Shown: positions 1 through 16,181, counted from the stretch's first letter. The stretch is 64,000 nt of DNA from Eledone cirrhosa (GCA_964016885.1 OZ024743.1:270878001-270942000); one strand, 5' to 3'. Numbers and translations: made by a program. Notes: a model not told the origin generated them from the sequence alone.

Positions 1-376
1 CCCATGGACCACATTTTTCAAGTTAGAGATTTGAAACCTCGTCTATTTGCTTCCTTCGCACTTTTTACATAGGTGTGTAAATTTTCATTTCAGTCCGACC
101 ACGTCTACTACCATTTAACCGTGCACATCTGAATTTCAACCACCGCCCATTTCACAAATATATATTAGATACATATATATTGATAATTAAGCATGACCAT
201 CACAGACGTGGCTTTTTAGTCCTGCTAGGAACTTGCCTATGGCCAACAATACCATGCAGCGCAAACAATGTCACATATCAAGCGATGCCTGTGTTTGAAG
301 CTTTTTTAAGTGAGGAAAGACTTTGCACGGGGCCAACTCCACTCTCTGAACATCGAATATATTTACTTCGTTTGCA

Positions 377-868
377 TTCAATGACGTATGGAGCCCCGAG
401 CATGCTTCTTGCTGCTGATACGGTCATACCTTCGGCCACTGGGGTCAAACAGGGCTACCCTTTGTGCCTCCTCCTGTTTGCCCTTGGTATAGACCACATC
501 GCCCGGAATATCACGGCCCCTCTCAACGTTTGGTATCTGGATGATGCTACGTTGGGCGAGGCCGTACAGACTGTCTGCCATGACCTACAATCGGTGGGAA
601 TCGGCCTCCAGGTCAACTCGTCCAAGTCGGAGGTGGTGAATGTCAGCCACAATGTTGAGAGCTATGCAGCCTCCGTCTCGGACGTGCGGTCCATTCTCCG
701 CCAGGTACAGGTGACCCCCCAAAGAGGAAGTCCTCATCCTCGGGTCACCGATCCAGCCACCGGCCATCCGCTCCACCATTAGGTCCAGGCTCCAATAACT
801 CCAGACTCTCACGAGCCGACTGGGCTTGATCGAAGGCCACCCAACTCTCTTTCTGTTGAGGAACTGTC
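377..868 (+). pseudogene. Non-LTR retrotransposon reverse transcriptase fragment, CRE-like (RLE-type)
   Basis: ORF 180..782 contains SATGVKQGYPLCLLLFALGI...LNVWYLDDATLG...GLQVNSSKSEV, matching RT motifs 4-6 (GVxQGDPL / WYLDD) typical of CRE-clade elements; the frame breaks near 720 and the part upstream of 377 is unrelated. Confidence 0.75.
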
Positions 869-879
869 AGCCTAAAAAG

Positions 880-1800
880 CATGTTTGTCTACATAATCTT
901 ATATTGGCGGTGTAACCCTTACTTTCTGTGGCCAAGTTTAATACATTCAAACACTCCCACCATTTAAAAGAATACAAAATAATGTAATATAACAGTTTCA
1001 ATATTAGTTAGGTAACTAATTCATTCCTCAGTTAGCTTAGTAACCTGATGGCTATCTAATTGTTATATTTAATTGTCAAAACTCTTTCGTCACACATTCT
1101 GGGATCTTTTCAATAACGGTTATTGCTCCTCTTTGTCTCCCCTTTCTTTTTATCTTGTCTCTTTATCGTGTACACGGGCGTGTATGTATCCCCATGCTAC
1201 TGTGTTTAGCATATGCATGCGTGTATGCGTGTATGTGCATCTGTGTGTAGGAGTATATGTATGCATATAGTGTATTTATATTTGTTTAAGTTCTGGTGAA
1301 TTTTCTTCCAGCTTTCATGTCTCTGTGTCTGTGTATGCATCCGTTCACATCTCTATGCTTGTCTCTTTGTACATCCATTTTTATGTGTCATGCTATTTTT
1401 AAGCCCTCTAAACTGTCATTATATAGTTATTATTCCATTCCTGCATTCTATCAAGAGTGGGTTTATGTCTGTTTGTGCATTTCGTTGTATTTATTCTTGT
1501 GTGCTTTCTATTGAGGGTAGGTTTGCATTCTGTTTATAAGTGGCTTCCTTAATCTGTTTGATGCATAGAAAGGATTCTTATTTCAATGTTTTCTAGTGAG
1601 CCACTATGATCTAGTTTGATATGTTGGTAGAGCACTGGCGATTTTTTCGTGTTTTTCAGTCACCACCCGTATTTATTCATCCTTTTTCCTTGACTACGAA
1701 CCATTTCCCCTATGTAAGTCGTGGTTGGGTTTCTACGTTGCCCCTCAGTGCACCTTATGTTATGTACAACATTTCTAGTTTTACAGATTATACAATGTCT
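880..1800 (-). mobile_element. Degraded PLE 3' UTR/pLTR remnant
   Basis: Minus strand reads GAATGTGTGACGAAAGAGTTTTGACAAT (~1072-1100), resembling GAATGTGACGAAAAAGCTTTGACAAT in the HHR-like region at 25.4 kb; same A/C-rich UTR texture. Boundaries approximate. Confidence 0.4.
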
Positions 1801-2472
1801 GTCAATACCTGACTGGTTAGCTGGTTGTTTGTTTGTTTGTTTAGTTGGTTGGTTGGTTGGTTGGTTGGTTGGTTGGTTGGTTGGTTGTTTGGCCGGCTGG
1901 CTGGTCGGCTGGTTAGCTGGCTGGTGGAGTCAGTCTGTGATGTTGGTAGTTTTGCATTGTTATTAAACACATTATTGCTTCTGTGAACTCGCTCACATAT
2001 TTCTGGGAGTTTTTCTTCTCTTATTTATGTTCTTTTTATTGTTTATATTTATTCATTCACTTATTTATTCATTTATTTATGTATTTATTCATTTGCATTT
2101 TACATTTCACTTTCACTTTCACGCCATTTTGTATATTTTATTTTCTCATTATTTTTGTATTATTTTTCATTTATTTGTATATTCGGTTTTTTTGTTGCTT
2201 TTTTTCTTTTTTTTTTCTTAACATAAATTCACAATTCATTTCATAGACTAAATATATTAACAATTAAATAAACCAACAAATAAATAAGTAAATAAATAAG
2301 GAAATAAATAAAAGTATATACTCCCATGTTTCCAGTTTCTAATACGAAATGTTGAACAGAACGGAAATCTCCAACCACGTGGTGGGAAGGGAGAGAGGGA
2401 CAAGGCCGGGCCGTCGGGTCAATTGAATGTACAATTGCGTCTGTTGTAATTTCGGATGTTATATAGTGATTT

Positions 2473-2476
2473 GCTG

Positions 2477-2524
<48 letters not shown>

Positions 2525-2546
2525 TTGTTGTTGTTGTTGTTGTTGT
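2473..2546. repeat. (CTG)n(TTG)n microsatellite, followed by GTT/GGT low-complexity sequence to ~3050
   Basis: Direct reading; explains the poly-L/poly-Q ORFs. Confidence 0.95.
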
Positions 2547-3104
2547 GGATGCTTTTGTTGTTCTTGTTGAGAGGAGGAGCTGCCGCTACTACCCCTGCTG
2601 TTCGCGATGATGGTGGTGGGGGTCTTGGTATTGATGTGGTGTTGATGGTGGTGGTGACGGTGGGAGGTGAGGTGGTGGTGGTGGGGTGTTGGTGTTGATG
2701 TTGGTGGTGATGTTGTGATGGTGCTGACGATGCTGGTGATGTTGGCGGAGCTAGTGGTACTGCTGCTGCATTTTGACCGTGGGGGTGGGGGTGGGGGTGA
2801 TGTTAATTTTATTGTCATTATTGTGGTTTTTGTGGTTGTTATTGTAGGTGTTGTTATTGTTATTGTTGTTGTTATGCTTATTGTGTAATGGTGGGGCTGG
2901 ATTCCATTTGTTATTGTTGTAGTTGCAGTTGTTATTGTTGATTTTCATATTGGTATTGCTCCGGTTACGGAGATGGTGGTGGTGTGGTGGTGGTGGTGGT
3001 GGGGATATTCGTGATGTTGCTGTTGATGTTATCCTTGTTGTTGTAGTTGTTATAGTTTGCGAAACAATTTCACTAAATAAGTCAAATCGTATAGTTCGTT
3101 ATTT

Positions 3105-3700
<596 letters not shown>

Positions 3701-4357
3701 TGTATGTACAATGTGTGCAATGTATGTATGCTAGCATCTATGAAAGGTGCTCTGAGGTGCATCAATGTTTTAAAAACATTTTCGTGCCATCAATTTAAGA
3801 AACCGATGGGATTTAGTAAAGCAAAAGAAATGTTAGTGAATGTATTGAAACAAAACAAAATGAAAGAAAAATGTGGAACGATAAAGGGAAATAACTCTGG
3901 CGAGGTGAGAAGTTCAGGAAGACGACGTTTTGTTAGTAAAATATAAGAGATAGACTATAAGGCGATGGGAAGGGGTGTGTTAGAAAACTACGGGAGGGGC
4001 GAGATGTATTAGTAAAATAAGAGTGTGGGGATAGTGTGAGATGAGTGTGGAAAGGTGTTATAGTAAAATAAGAAAGAAAGGCAATAAGGGAGGGGTGAGG
4101 AGGCGTGTGTTAGTAAAATATGAGAGGAAGGCAGTAAGGGAGGGGGTTAGGAGGCGTGTGTTAGTAAAATATGAGAGGAAGACAGTAAGGTGTTGTGAGT
4201 GTGTATGCCACTCTAAGTGATAGGAAATAAATGTCCTACAATATATATGCTAATACCAATATCTTAATTCACATGATTTTATAATATAAGAAAAAAATTA
4301 TCTGTAATATGTATGTATATTATATATATATATAAATATTTATATAATATATATATG

Positions 4358-4375
4358 TGTGTGTGTGTATGTGTG

Positions 4376-4469
<94 letters not shown>

Positions 4470-4487
4470 CACACATACACACACACA
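4358..4487. repeat. 130-bp perfect palindrome built from (TG)/(CA)/(TA) tracts
   Basis: Arms mirror each other, including the TAT interruption and equal 28-nt CA/TG tracts; the ORF track gives the same peptide on both strands (4357+ and 4488-). Confidence 0.85.
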
Positions 4488-4490
4488 ATT

Positions 4491-5720
4491 CTATTGGGGT
4501 GATAACCCGTTTAGTTTTGGTTTAAATTTGTTAAGGAATAGATTTTCTTTGTTTATTCTTTGTTGTTGTGTGAACGAATCTGAGCACTTGTAGAAGGGGA
4601 AGATTTTAAAGTTGGGTAGTGTCATTCCTGCGCAGTTCGCAATATGGCTGCTCAAGGGGATTTTTCTTGTGTTAGCGTCCCGGATTTGTTGGCGGTGGAT
4701 GGTCATTCTTTTGCGTAATGAGGTGCCCGTCTGTCCTATGTAGTTGTGTTTGCACCCACCGCAAGTTATTGCGTAAATCAAGTTCTCCGAGTTGCAGGTG
4801 AAATTGTTTTTTACTGTAAATGTTTGGCCATCTTTGAATGTAAATGTTTGTCCTTCAGTGAGGTAGAGGCACGTTCCACAGTTTGTTCTACCACATTTGG
4901 TAACTGTAGGGTTGAGGATTGGTTTGGGTATATTTGGTCCAGTGAGAATGCGTTTAAGTGATTTGGGTTGTCTTTTACTTTTAAGGATCTTGTGTGTTTC
5001 AAGAATAGACTTCATTTTTACATCTTTAAGTAGGATGGGGAGGTTTTTGTGTAGGTGATCAAACATTTCGGTATTTCTGGGGTTGAAAGTGGATACATAT
5101 GGCAGGGTGTTGAGTGTGGTTTTCTGTTTTGGATTGTTAAGTTGATGGGGATTTAGGTGTTTTGCCCTGTCTATTCCATTGTTGATTATTTCAAGTGGAA
5201 AGGCTCTTAAGATAAGGGTGTCTTTTAGTTCCTTTAGTCTTTGCTCCCGTTTAGGTGGATCTGATACTATGGTACATATACGTTTGGCCAAATTGTAAGG
5301 AATGTTAAGTTTTGTATGTTTTGGGTGACTTGATGTGAAAAAGAGGTATTGCTTGGAATCTGTGGGTTTATAGAATATATCTGTATCTAATTTCCCGTCT
5401 ATTACAGAGATGAGAATATCCAAGAAGGCTAATTCCTTAGGATTGGATTCCATTGTGAATTGTATGTTATTATCTATGTTGTTTATCATGTTTTTAAACG
5501 TAGTAAGTGAGTTCATGTCTTCTTGCCATAGGATAAAGCAGTCGTCTAGATATCTTTTCCAATTGGCTTTGAGGTGTGTGTGGAAAGAGTCTCCAAATAA
5601 GAGAAGGGACTGACTGTATATTTGTTGTTCATGGAATCCCATGACTAGGTTGGCATATGTGGGTGCTACTTTCGTGCCCATTGCCGTACCTGATACTTGT
5701 CTGTATGTTGAACCATTATA
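4491..5720 (-). CDS. PLE ORF, 5'-truncated: C-terminal RT plus GIY-YIG endonuclease (Neptune-like)
   Basis: 410 uninterrupted codons: [52 protein letters not shown] linker, NLIYAITC..C...YIGQT...RMTIHR, KPKLN. Upstream of 5720 the ORF-track extension is (TA)n read-through. Confidence 0.93.
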   Translation of the reverse strand, partial: YNGSTYRQVSGTAMGTKVAPTYANLVMGFHEQQIYSQSLLLFGDSFHTHLKANWKRYLDDCFILWQEDMNSLTTFKNMINNIDNNIQFTMESNPKELAFLDILISVIDGKLDTDIFYKPTDSKQYLFFTSSHPKHTKLNIPYNLAKRICTIVSDPPKREQRLKELKDTLILRAFPLEIINNGIDRAKHLNPHQLNNPKQKTTLNTLPYVSTFNPRNTEMFDHLHKNLPILLKDVKMKSILETHKILKSKRQPKSLKRILTGPNIPKPILNPTVTKCGRTNCGTCLYLTEGQTFTFKDGQTFTVKNNFTCNSENLIYAITCGGCKHNYIGQTGTSLRKRMTIHRQQIRDANTRKIPLSSHIANCAGMTLPNFKIFPFYKCSDSFTQQQRINKENLFLNKFKPKLNGLSPQ

Positions 5721-5837
5721 TAGATATATATATATAGATATAGATATATATATATTCAATATTATTAAGGCTAAGATGTGAGTCTGGTTATTCTGGCGTT
5801 TCGCTTGTTTATCAGTATATATACACACACACACACG

Positions 5838-7370
<1,533 letters not shown>

Positions 7371-8384
7371 ATATATATATATATATATTTAAAAAGAGAG
7401 AGAAAGATAGAGAGTGAGTGAGAGAGAATTTCGGATAAAAAGCTTTACGATATTGGTTCCGATGCCTTGTATTCTAAGTTCCAATCCCGCCAATTTGTCA
7501 AACTGTAAGTTGAAATTATATTATATGGGACACGTAACGGAGAGAAGGGAGCTGCACATTGTAAGGTATGCCAATTGCAGTAAACACCCAGATGCCGGTC
7601 CTGGCTCTTGGTTGTAAATGCATGGTTAACGAACAAGATAATGTCGTGCATGTTAGTCTGATGTAACATAGCTTACAAGTGTCTTGTTTACATTGAAATT
7701 TGTATCAGCAATGGAAAGACCAATGGGAAAAAAAAAGGTTTCTTGGTTCGATTTGACGAGATCCACCTCACTCGGCAAGCGAATCAGGTCTAGGATCTTG
7801 ACGATCGATCAGAGTGAACTTTTATAATTTTGTTTTCATAGTACTACGATACTAACTTACCATATGGTTCTAATATAAAATTATGTTGTAAGATTTTTAT
7901 TTAAATACGAACCCTTTAAAATGGTTGTGGGTTTTTTTTTCATCGGACCAGAGCTGGTTTTGGTCGGGTGGTTTCAAAAAGCTTAAGTAAGGTAATGTTA
8001 CGTGTAAAACAAATGTTAGCTAATAATGTGTGAAACAAACATTAGTTAACAATGTGTAGCTCAATAGATTAACGGACAATTAGAACAATATAACTTCAAT
8101 CACGTTGATACAGTAGATGCAGCAAATAGTAAATATACATAAACCATATATATTGATAATATAAGAAACTAATGTACCCCAATTACAGAATGGATCTCTC
8201 TCTCTCTCTCCCTCTCTCTCTCTCTCTCTCCCTTACCCACCCTCTCTCTCTATATATATATATCACACGCGCGCACGCACACACTCACACACACTCTCTC
8301 CCCCTCTTTCTCCATTTCCTCCCACCCTCTCTCTCTATCTGTCTCTCTGTGTTGGAGCTCCCTCTGTTCTGGCTATGAATGTTC

Positions 8385-8600
8385 CAGTTATTCAGTAAAC
8401 TAACCAGCCTGTTTGTGAAATTAACGTGCAAATGACTGAACATTCTACAGACACGTGTACCCTCATTACGTAATACTCAATGAGACTCGGCGTGATGCAA
8501 TGCGACATGTCTGGCCTCGCTGCAACTCCTTTTATTTCCAGTTGAGAGAACTGGACCAACGTGAGGCGAAAACTCTAACCACTAATCCATGTCTCCTCAC
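8385..8600 (-). mobile_element. SINE family 2 body/tail fragment
   Basis: Reverse complement resembles 26780-26930 (ACACGTGTCTGT..GAATGTTCAGTCA..TTGCACGTTAATTTCA...CAGGCTG). Confidence 0.55.
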
Positions 8601-8941
8601 ATAGAATGGATGAATACGCCAGTGGAAAACTCATATGCATCACAATAAAATATATGAACCGCCTAACAACAAACTCATAGTTAAAATGCATTGCAGTAAC
8701 TCCAAGATGAAAAAAAAATGTTTTCATCAGCTCGAAACCCTAAACTGACAAAAAGAAAAGTATAAATAACTGAAGCTATACGCGGGCCGCCGCCAAGGAG
8801 GTGCATTGATGACACTGCTCCCTACGTTTCAATGGGGTAACCTCAGATTGAGAAAAGATAGTTTATAAAAAAACGTCCCAGAGTACGTTCCATGCAAAAT
8901 AGTAGCCCTTCATACTGTTCAGAAGTAGCCATCCCACCTAA

Positions 8942-9166
8942 TGGATTGGCAGGATTAATAGAGAGACGGCTTTTGCGGTATTTAGTTCCAGCTAATTTTC
9001 ATTATGAGTTTCAATTCCGTCGAGGTCAATTTTGCCTTCCTGGGTCGAGAAAATAAAGTACCAGTCAAGTACTTAGGTCGATATAATCGAATTCCCCACC
9101 AACACCACCACCACCACCACTCCCCACCGAATTATTAGCTTTGTGTCCAAATTAGAAACCATTGTT
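8942..9166 (+). mobile_element. tRNA-derived SINE family 1
   Basis: A-box-like TGGATTGGCAG, B-box-like GAGTTTCAATTCC, shared body GAGGTCAA..TTGCCTT..GGGTCGA.AAAATAAAGTACCAG. Confidence 0.75.
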
Positions 9167-9195
9167 TTAGTGAAATCACGTGTATTAGTGGTTAG

Positions 9196-9597
9196 CAGAC
9201 CTGCCAACCTCTAAAAACCCAAACGGGGAGTACTATGAAAAAAGGTGCCCCAAAACGGGGAGAAATGAGGCAAAATAGGGAGATTTTTACATAATTGTTT
9301 CTATTTTAGGCACAAGGGCAGCAATTAACCAGTACATTACTGGTACTTTATTTTATCGACCTCGTAAGGATGAAAGGCAAAGTTAACCTCGGCGGGATTT
9401 GAACTCAGATCGTAAAGGGACGTAACTCGATGCTTCAAAGCATGGTGTCCGACTCTCTACCGATACTGCCAATCCACCGCCCTATGGAGATTTTACATAA
9501 TGAAAGCTATACACATTTTCACAAGACAAGACATCTCTCACCCACCGCAAGGTGGTTAGGATATTTCCCCGTCGGACGGAGAGAGTTGACAGGTCTG
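9196..9597. mobile_element. MITE / non-autonomous DNA transposon with 13-bp TIRs and 6-bp TSD
   Basis: Left end CAGACCTGCCAAC, right end GTTGACAGGTCTG; GGTTAG duplicated at 9190-9195 and 9598-9603. Confidence 0.75.
9296..9485 (-). mobile_element. SINE family 1 nested in the MITE
   Basis: Full head (GGCGGTGGATTGGCAGTATCGGTAGAG...GAGTTCAAATCCCGCC on minus); TSD GGAGATTTT(T)ACATAAT at 9279-9295 and 9486-9501. Confidence 0.85.
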
Positions 9598-9941
9598 GGT
9601 TAGAGCGTTGGACATACTTTCATAAGATCGTGCTTTTAATTCAGCGGAACTGAACTCTGAGCCATATGGTTGTAGAGCGAACGCCTTAGTCACAGAGCCA
9701 TGCCTACATCTATATGTAACTTAACTGTTGGCCAGTTCAAATATTGCCTGAGATTGTCTCTGCCTTTTATGTGGGGCCGGAGAGGAGTGGGGGTGAGTGG
9801 AGATCTGCATGTCAATAAAGACAAATGTAACATATTGCAAGGAAGAAAATAAAACAAAAACAAATAGTAACAATAAATAAAAGAAGTTCTTTTACCCCAA
9901 AGAAAAATAAATGCCGTTGGCCTTGTGTCTGTATAAAGATA

Positions 9942-10211
9942 ATTTTCTTTTTATTTGCCACCAGGGCATCAAAAGGTGGGACAAGTACAATGGGGGGAGT
10001 TTACATAACAAGGCGTCCTCAATAAGGAGGAGGCAATAACGAGATATAAAAATAAAATAAAATATAACAAAATAAAATTTATAACAAAATCCTCAATAGA
10101 GAGGAGGCGCCTTGGGGGGTCGCACACACCCCCGAAAAAAAGTGTGCAACCCTTCTCCTCAGGAGCACAGAGAGGGGGTGCTCCCTTGGTCTTTCATCTT
10201 CCTCACCTACC
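9942..10211 (-). mobile_element. 5'-truncated Tx1-like LINE 3' end with 18-bp TSD
   Basis: Similar to the 3' UTR at 54432-54668 (TTTCTTTATT.GCCAC.GGG, CACACCCCCGAAAAAA..TGTGCAACCCT); TGTGTCTGTATAAAGATA duplicated at 9924-9941 and 10212-10229. Confidence 0.8.
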
Positions 10212-10340
10212 TGTGTCTGTATAAAGATAGATAGATATGTATGTATATATGAGGTATATATGCATGTATTTATGTATATGTGCATATGTATCTATTTATG
10301 TATATGTCTGCTTGTATGTATGTATATGTGTATATATGTA

Positions 10341-10401
<61 letters not shown>

Positions 10402-10561
10402 CTGTGTGTGGATATATATATATTTTTACATATGCATACATACATAAATGTATGTATATATATATATATGGTCTTAATACTGTAGTATAGCCACAAGCTC
10501 TCAAAAGCTATGCAGAAGCTGGTGTTTGCAATCACACATACCTTACTACTATCAACACATA

Positions 10562-10618
<57 letters not shown>

Positions 10619-10693
10619 TTTCTAGACGAAATAGTCTAAAATTGCCTTACAGCCATCAATACTACCACCATTGCCACTACTACTACTACTAAT

Positions 10694-10912
10694 AATAATT
10701 GTTTCTACATTTGGCACAAGGCCAGCAATTTGAAGGGAAGGGGAAAATCGATTAAATCAACCCTAGTCTGTTACTGGTACTTTATTTTATCTACCCCGTA
10801 AATATGAAAGACAAAGTTATCCTAGGCGGAATTTGAACTTAGAACATAAAAGATCCCTAAGTAAATGCAGCTAAGCATTTCGTCTGTCGCTCTACCGATT
10901 CTGCCATTCCAC
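10694..10912 (-). mobile_element. SINE family 1
   Basis: Reverse complement carries TGGCAGAATCGGTAGAGCG...AGTTCAAATTCCGCC...AAAATAAAGTACCAG...TAGAAACAATTATT. Confidence 0.8.
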
Positions 10913-11909
10913 AGCTCTGTTATTAACAACAATAACACTTATACTATCATACCGAAAACCAGCACCACAACTACTGGTACAAGCAATACCAGCAGCAACA
11001 TCACCAGAACCACCATCATTAACACCATGAACCCCACCTTCACCATCACAACTAACATCATCATAACCATTAACACCACCACCACCATCTCTATTAACAC
11101 TACCATCGCAACCTACCATCTATAACACCACCACAACTAACACCATTACAACCCTAACACCACCATCATTAACACCACCATCATTAACAACACCACCATC
11201 ATTAACAACACCACCACCATTAACACCACTACCACCACCTCAACCATTAATACTACCACCACCAACAACAACACCAACACCACCAACACTACCCCCAACA
11301 CCGACACCACCACCACCACCACAGCCATTAACACTACCACCAACACCACCACCAACACCACCACCAACAACACCACCATCACCACCACCACCACCACCGT
11401 CATGTCATCAACAGAACAAAATTAAAAGGAAGAAAGAACCGAATGTAATTAATCTTTATATTTCAGGTGTAACAAGTGACCCCTAATGATATAATTTCCC
11501 AGTTAAACCAGGGGTGATGTTGAACGGGAGAGGGCCCAGCTAACCAACCAACCAACCAACCAGCCAACCAACCAGCCAGATAGCCAGCCCCCGTCATGTC
11601 CTCAAGTTTTTTCGCCGCAAGCTATATTGCCAAATGTCCATCAAAAGAAGAAAGGAAGAAAAAAATAAATCTTGCCCTTGTCCACCCCTCCACCCACCCC
11701 CAGCCCTCCTGATCTCATGCCCTCCAAGCCCCACCCACCCATCTCCACACACACACATATACACACTGCCTGTCTTCAAACTGATTAGTTCATAGCAAGG
11801 AACCCGGGAGTAACTTTTTTAATTAACAATATATAAGCTTAAGAAATTAACGAATGCCTCAAGAATTTCAGACCACTTTAGGGTGGAGGTGAAGTGTTCG
11901 GCCTTTCAC

Positions 11910-13445
11910 GCCACCAACACCACCACATCTATAGATACCACTACACTACCACATCTACACCTACCACTACACTACCACATCTACACCTACCACTACACTA
12001 CCACATCTACACCTACCACTACACTACCACATCTACAACTACCACTACACTACCACACCTACAACTACCACTACACTACCACATCTACACCTACCACTAC
12101 ACTACCACATCTACAACTACCACTACACTACCACACCTACAACTACCACTACACTACCACATCTACAACTACCACCAACACCACCACATCTATAGATACC
12201 ACCAACACCACCACATCTATAGATACCACTACACTACCACATCTACAACTACCACTACACTACCACATCTACAACTACCACTACACTACCACATCTACAA
12301 CTACCACTACACTACCACATCTACAACTACCACTACACTACCACATCTACAACTACCACTACATTACCACATTTACAACTACCACTACACTACCACATCT
12401 ACAACTACCACTACATTACCACATTTACAACTACCACTACACTTCCACATCTACACCTACCACTACACTACCACATCTACAACTACCACCAACACCACCA
12501 CACCTATAGATACCACTACACTACCACATCTACAACTACCACTACACTACCACATCTACAACTACCACAACACTACCACATCTATAGATACCACTACACC
12601 ACCACATCTACAACTACCACTACACTACCACATCTATAGATACCACTACACCACCACATCTACAACTACCACTACACTACCACATCTACAACTACCACTA
12701 CACTACCACATCTACAACTACCACTACACTACCACATCTATAGATACCACTACACTACCACATCTACACCTACCACTACACTACCACATCTACACCTACC
12801 ACTACACTACCACATCTACACCTACCACTACACTACCACATCTACAACTACCACTACACTACCACATCTACACCTACCACTACACTACCACATCTATAGA
12901 TACCACTACACTACCACATCTACAACTACCACCAACACCACCACATCTATAGATACCACTACACTACCACATCTATAGATACCACTACATTACCACATCT
13001 ACACCTACCACTACACTACCACATCTACAACTACCACTACACTACCACACCTACAACTACCACCAACACCACCACATCTATAGATACCACTACACTACCA
13101 CATCTATAGATACCACTACACTACCACATCTACAACTACCACCAACACCACCACATCTATAGATACCACTACACTACCACATCTATAGATACCACTACAT
13201 TACCACATCTACACCTACCACTACACTACCACATCTACAACTACCACTACACTACCACACCTACAACTACCACCAACACCACCACATCTATAGATACCAC
13301 TACACTACCACATCTATAGATACCACTACACTACCACATCTACAACTACCACTACACTACCACATCTATAGATACCACTACACCACCACATCTACACCTA
13401 CCACTACACTACCACATCTACACCTACCACTACACTACCACATCT
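11910..13445. repeat. Minisatellite, 26-bp unit (CTACCACTACACTACCACATCTACAC/A) with 27-bp variants
   Basis: Direct reading of the periodicity. Confidence 0.9.
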
Positions 13446-15088
13446 ACCACTACCACTACCACCAACACTATCACCTCTACAGCTACCACCAACACCATTA
13501 CATCTACCACTACCACTACAACCAACACTATCACCTCTACAGCTACCACCAACACCATTACATCTACCACTACCACTACCACCAACACTATCACCTCTAC
13601 AGCTACCACCAACACCACCACATCTACCACTACTACTACCACTACCACCAACACTATCACCTCTACAGCTACCACCAACACCATTACATCTACCACTACC
13701 ACTACCACCAACACTATCACCTCTACAGCTACCACCAACACCATTACATCTACCACTACCACTACCACCAACACTATCACCTCTACAGCTACCACCAACA
13801 CCATTACATCTACCACTACCACTACCACCAACACCATTACATCTACCACTACCACTACCACCAACACTATCACCTCTACAGCTACAACCAACACCATTAC
13901 ATCTACCACTACCACTACCACCAACACTATCACCTCTACAGCTACCACCAACACCATTACATCTACCACTACCACTACCACCAACACTATCACCTCTACA
14001 GCTACCACCAACACCACCACATCTACCACTACCACTACCACCAACACTATCACCTCTACAGCTACCACCAACACCACCACATCTACCACTACCACTACCA
14101 CCAACACTATCACCTCTACAGCTACCACCAACACCATTACATCTACCACTACCACTACCACCAACACTATCACCTCTACAGCTACCACCAACACCATTAC
14201 ATCTACCACTACCACTACCACCAACACTATCACCTCTACAGCTACCACCAACACCACCACATCTACCACTACCACTACCACCAACACTATCACCTCTACA
14301 GCTACCACCAACACCATTACATCTACCACTACCACTACCACCAACACTATCACCTCTACAGCTACCACCAACACCATTACATCTACCACTACCACTACCA
14401 CCAACACTATCACCTCTACAGCTACCACCAACACCATTACATCTACCACTACCACTACCACCAACACTATCACCTCTACAGCTACCACCAACACCATTAC
14501 ATCTACCACTACCACTACCACCAACACTATCACCTCTACAGCTACCACCAACACCATTACATCTACCACTACCACTACCACCAACACTATCACCTCTACA
14601 GCTACCACCAACACCACCACATCTACCACTACCACTACCACCAACACTATCACCTCTACAGCTACCACCAACACCATTACATCTACCACTACCACTACCA
14701 CCAATACTATCACCTCTACAGCTACCACCAACACCATTACATCTACCACTACCACTACCACCAACACTATCACCTCTACAGCTACCACCAACACCATTAC
14801 ATCTACCACTACCACTACCACCAACACTATCACCTCTACAGCTACCACCAACACCATTACATCTACCACTACCACTACCACCAACACTATCACCTCTACA
14901 GCTACCACCAACACCATTACATCTACCACTACCACTACCACCAACACTATCACCTCTACAGCTACCACCAACACCACCACATCTACCACTACCACTACCA
15001 CCAACACTATCACCTCTACAGCTACCACCAACACCACCACATCTACCACTACCACTACCACCAACACTATCACCTCTACATCTACCAC
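13446..15088. repeat. Highly homogeneous 60-bp minisatellite (~27 copies)
   Basis: Successive 60-nt lines from 13861 to 15060 are near-identical. Confidence 0.95.
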
Positions 15089-15148
15089 TGAAATATGTGC
15101 ACTATATATGCACTATACCACTGCTATAGAACTACTACAACACTGTAT

Positions 15149-15236
<88 letters not shown>

Positions 15237-15526
15237 TTGCGTGGTGTGTGCGTATACATACATGCATATATATTTACATGCATACTTACATGCATACATA
15301 TATTCATGTGCACATACATACATGTATGCATACATACATACATGTATGTATGCAGGGATATATACATACATGCATAGATGCATATATATACAGGCATACA
15401 TACATACATACATACATACATACATACAGACATGCATACATACATACATACATACATACATACATACATACATACATACATACATACAATCATACATACA
15501 TACATACATACATACATATTCATACA

Positions 15527-16137
15527 TGGTGGCTGCCAACTCGTTTTCGAGTACGGCCACTACTTTATATCCATGTAGGAGAACCCCTACCGATGCACTG
15601 AACGAGTGTGACTTTTAGTCCAGCCAGCGACTTGAAAACTCTGCTACAAACACTACACTTGTGACAATTATTGACACATAGTGTTGGGCCCATGGTACCA
15701 TGTGACGACAAGTGCAGAGAGATCTCCAGATATAAAGCAATGCCTGTGCCGTGAAGCTTTTATAGTGAGCAAAGGCACTGCACAAAGCCAGTCCCACTCT
15801 CTTAACCAAGATGATATTTACCAAAAAGAAGAACAAGTCAACATCATTGGATACCATCAGGGTTGCATGTGTTATATCAGAGTTTTCCTTCTCTTAGAAT
15901 TCTGCCTTGACAAAGGCTAAGGGGTCATCTCTCCCAGTGATTTTGGATGGCCATTGACTCTTAAGAGCTCCTTTGCCTTTTGACAGGTTTTGTTTTTAGT
16001 CCTGCAGGATGTCCAAAGTCACCCACCTCACCAAGAAACCTTGGTGGGGTTGCCAGTTTAGTCGCCAACGACCCGACCATGAGACAGGTTGTACTGGGAT
16101 ACATGTTACCAGTAGCACCAAGTGGTGACCTGACATA
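15527..16137 (-). mobile_element. Non-coding dispersed element with (TATG)n tail, copy 1
   Basis: Unique sequence between (CATA)n tracts; the first ~385 bp are repeated at 16270-16653. Strand inferred from the microsatellite tail. Confidence 0.55.
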
Positions 16138-16181
16138 ATCATACATACATACATACATACATACATACATACATACATACA

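Noticed and set aside
2456-2818. PolyQ/polyL protein exon
   Set aside because: Microsatellite with low-complexity flanks; no domain or splice support.
13430-15088. Regular 60-bp array as a CRISPR array or a membrane protein
   Set aside because: No unique spacers, no cas genes, eukaryotic context; simple tandem repeat.
16040-16135. HDV-like ribozyme at the element's putative 5' end (ACC-TGTCTCAT-GGT, ACTAA-ACTGG)
   Set aside because: Could not identify a P1 pairing; a competing simple hairpin explains CCAGT.
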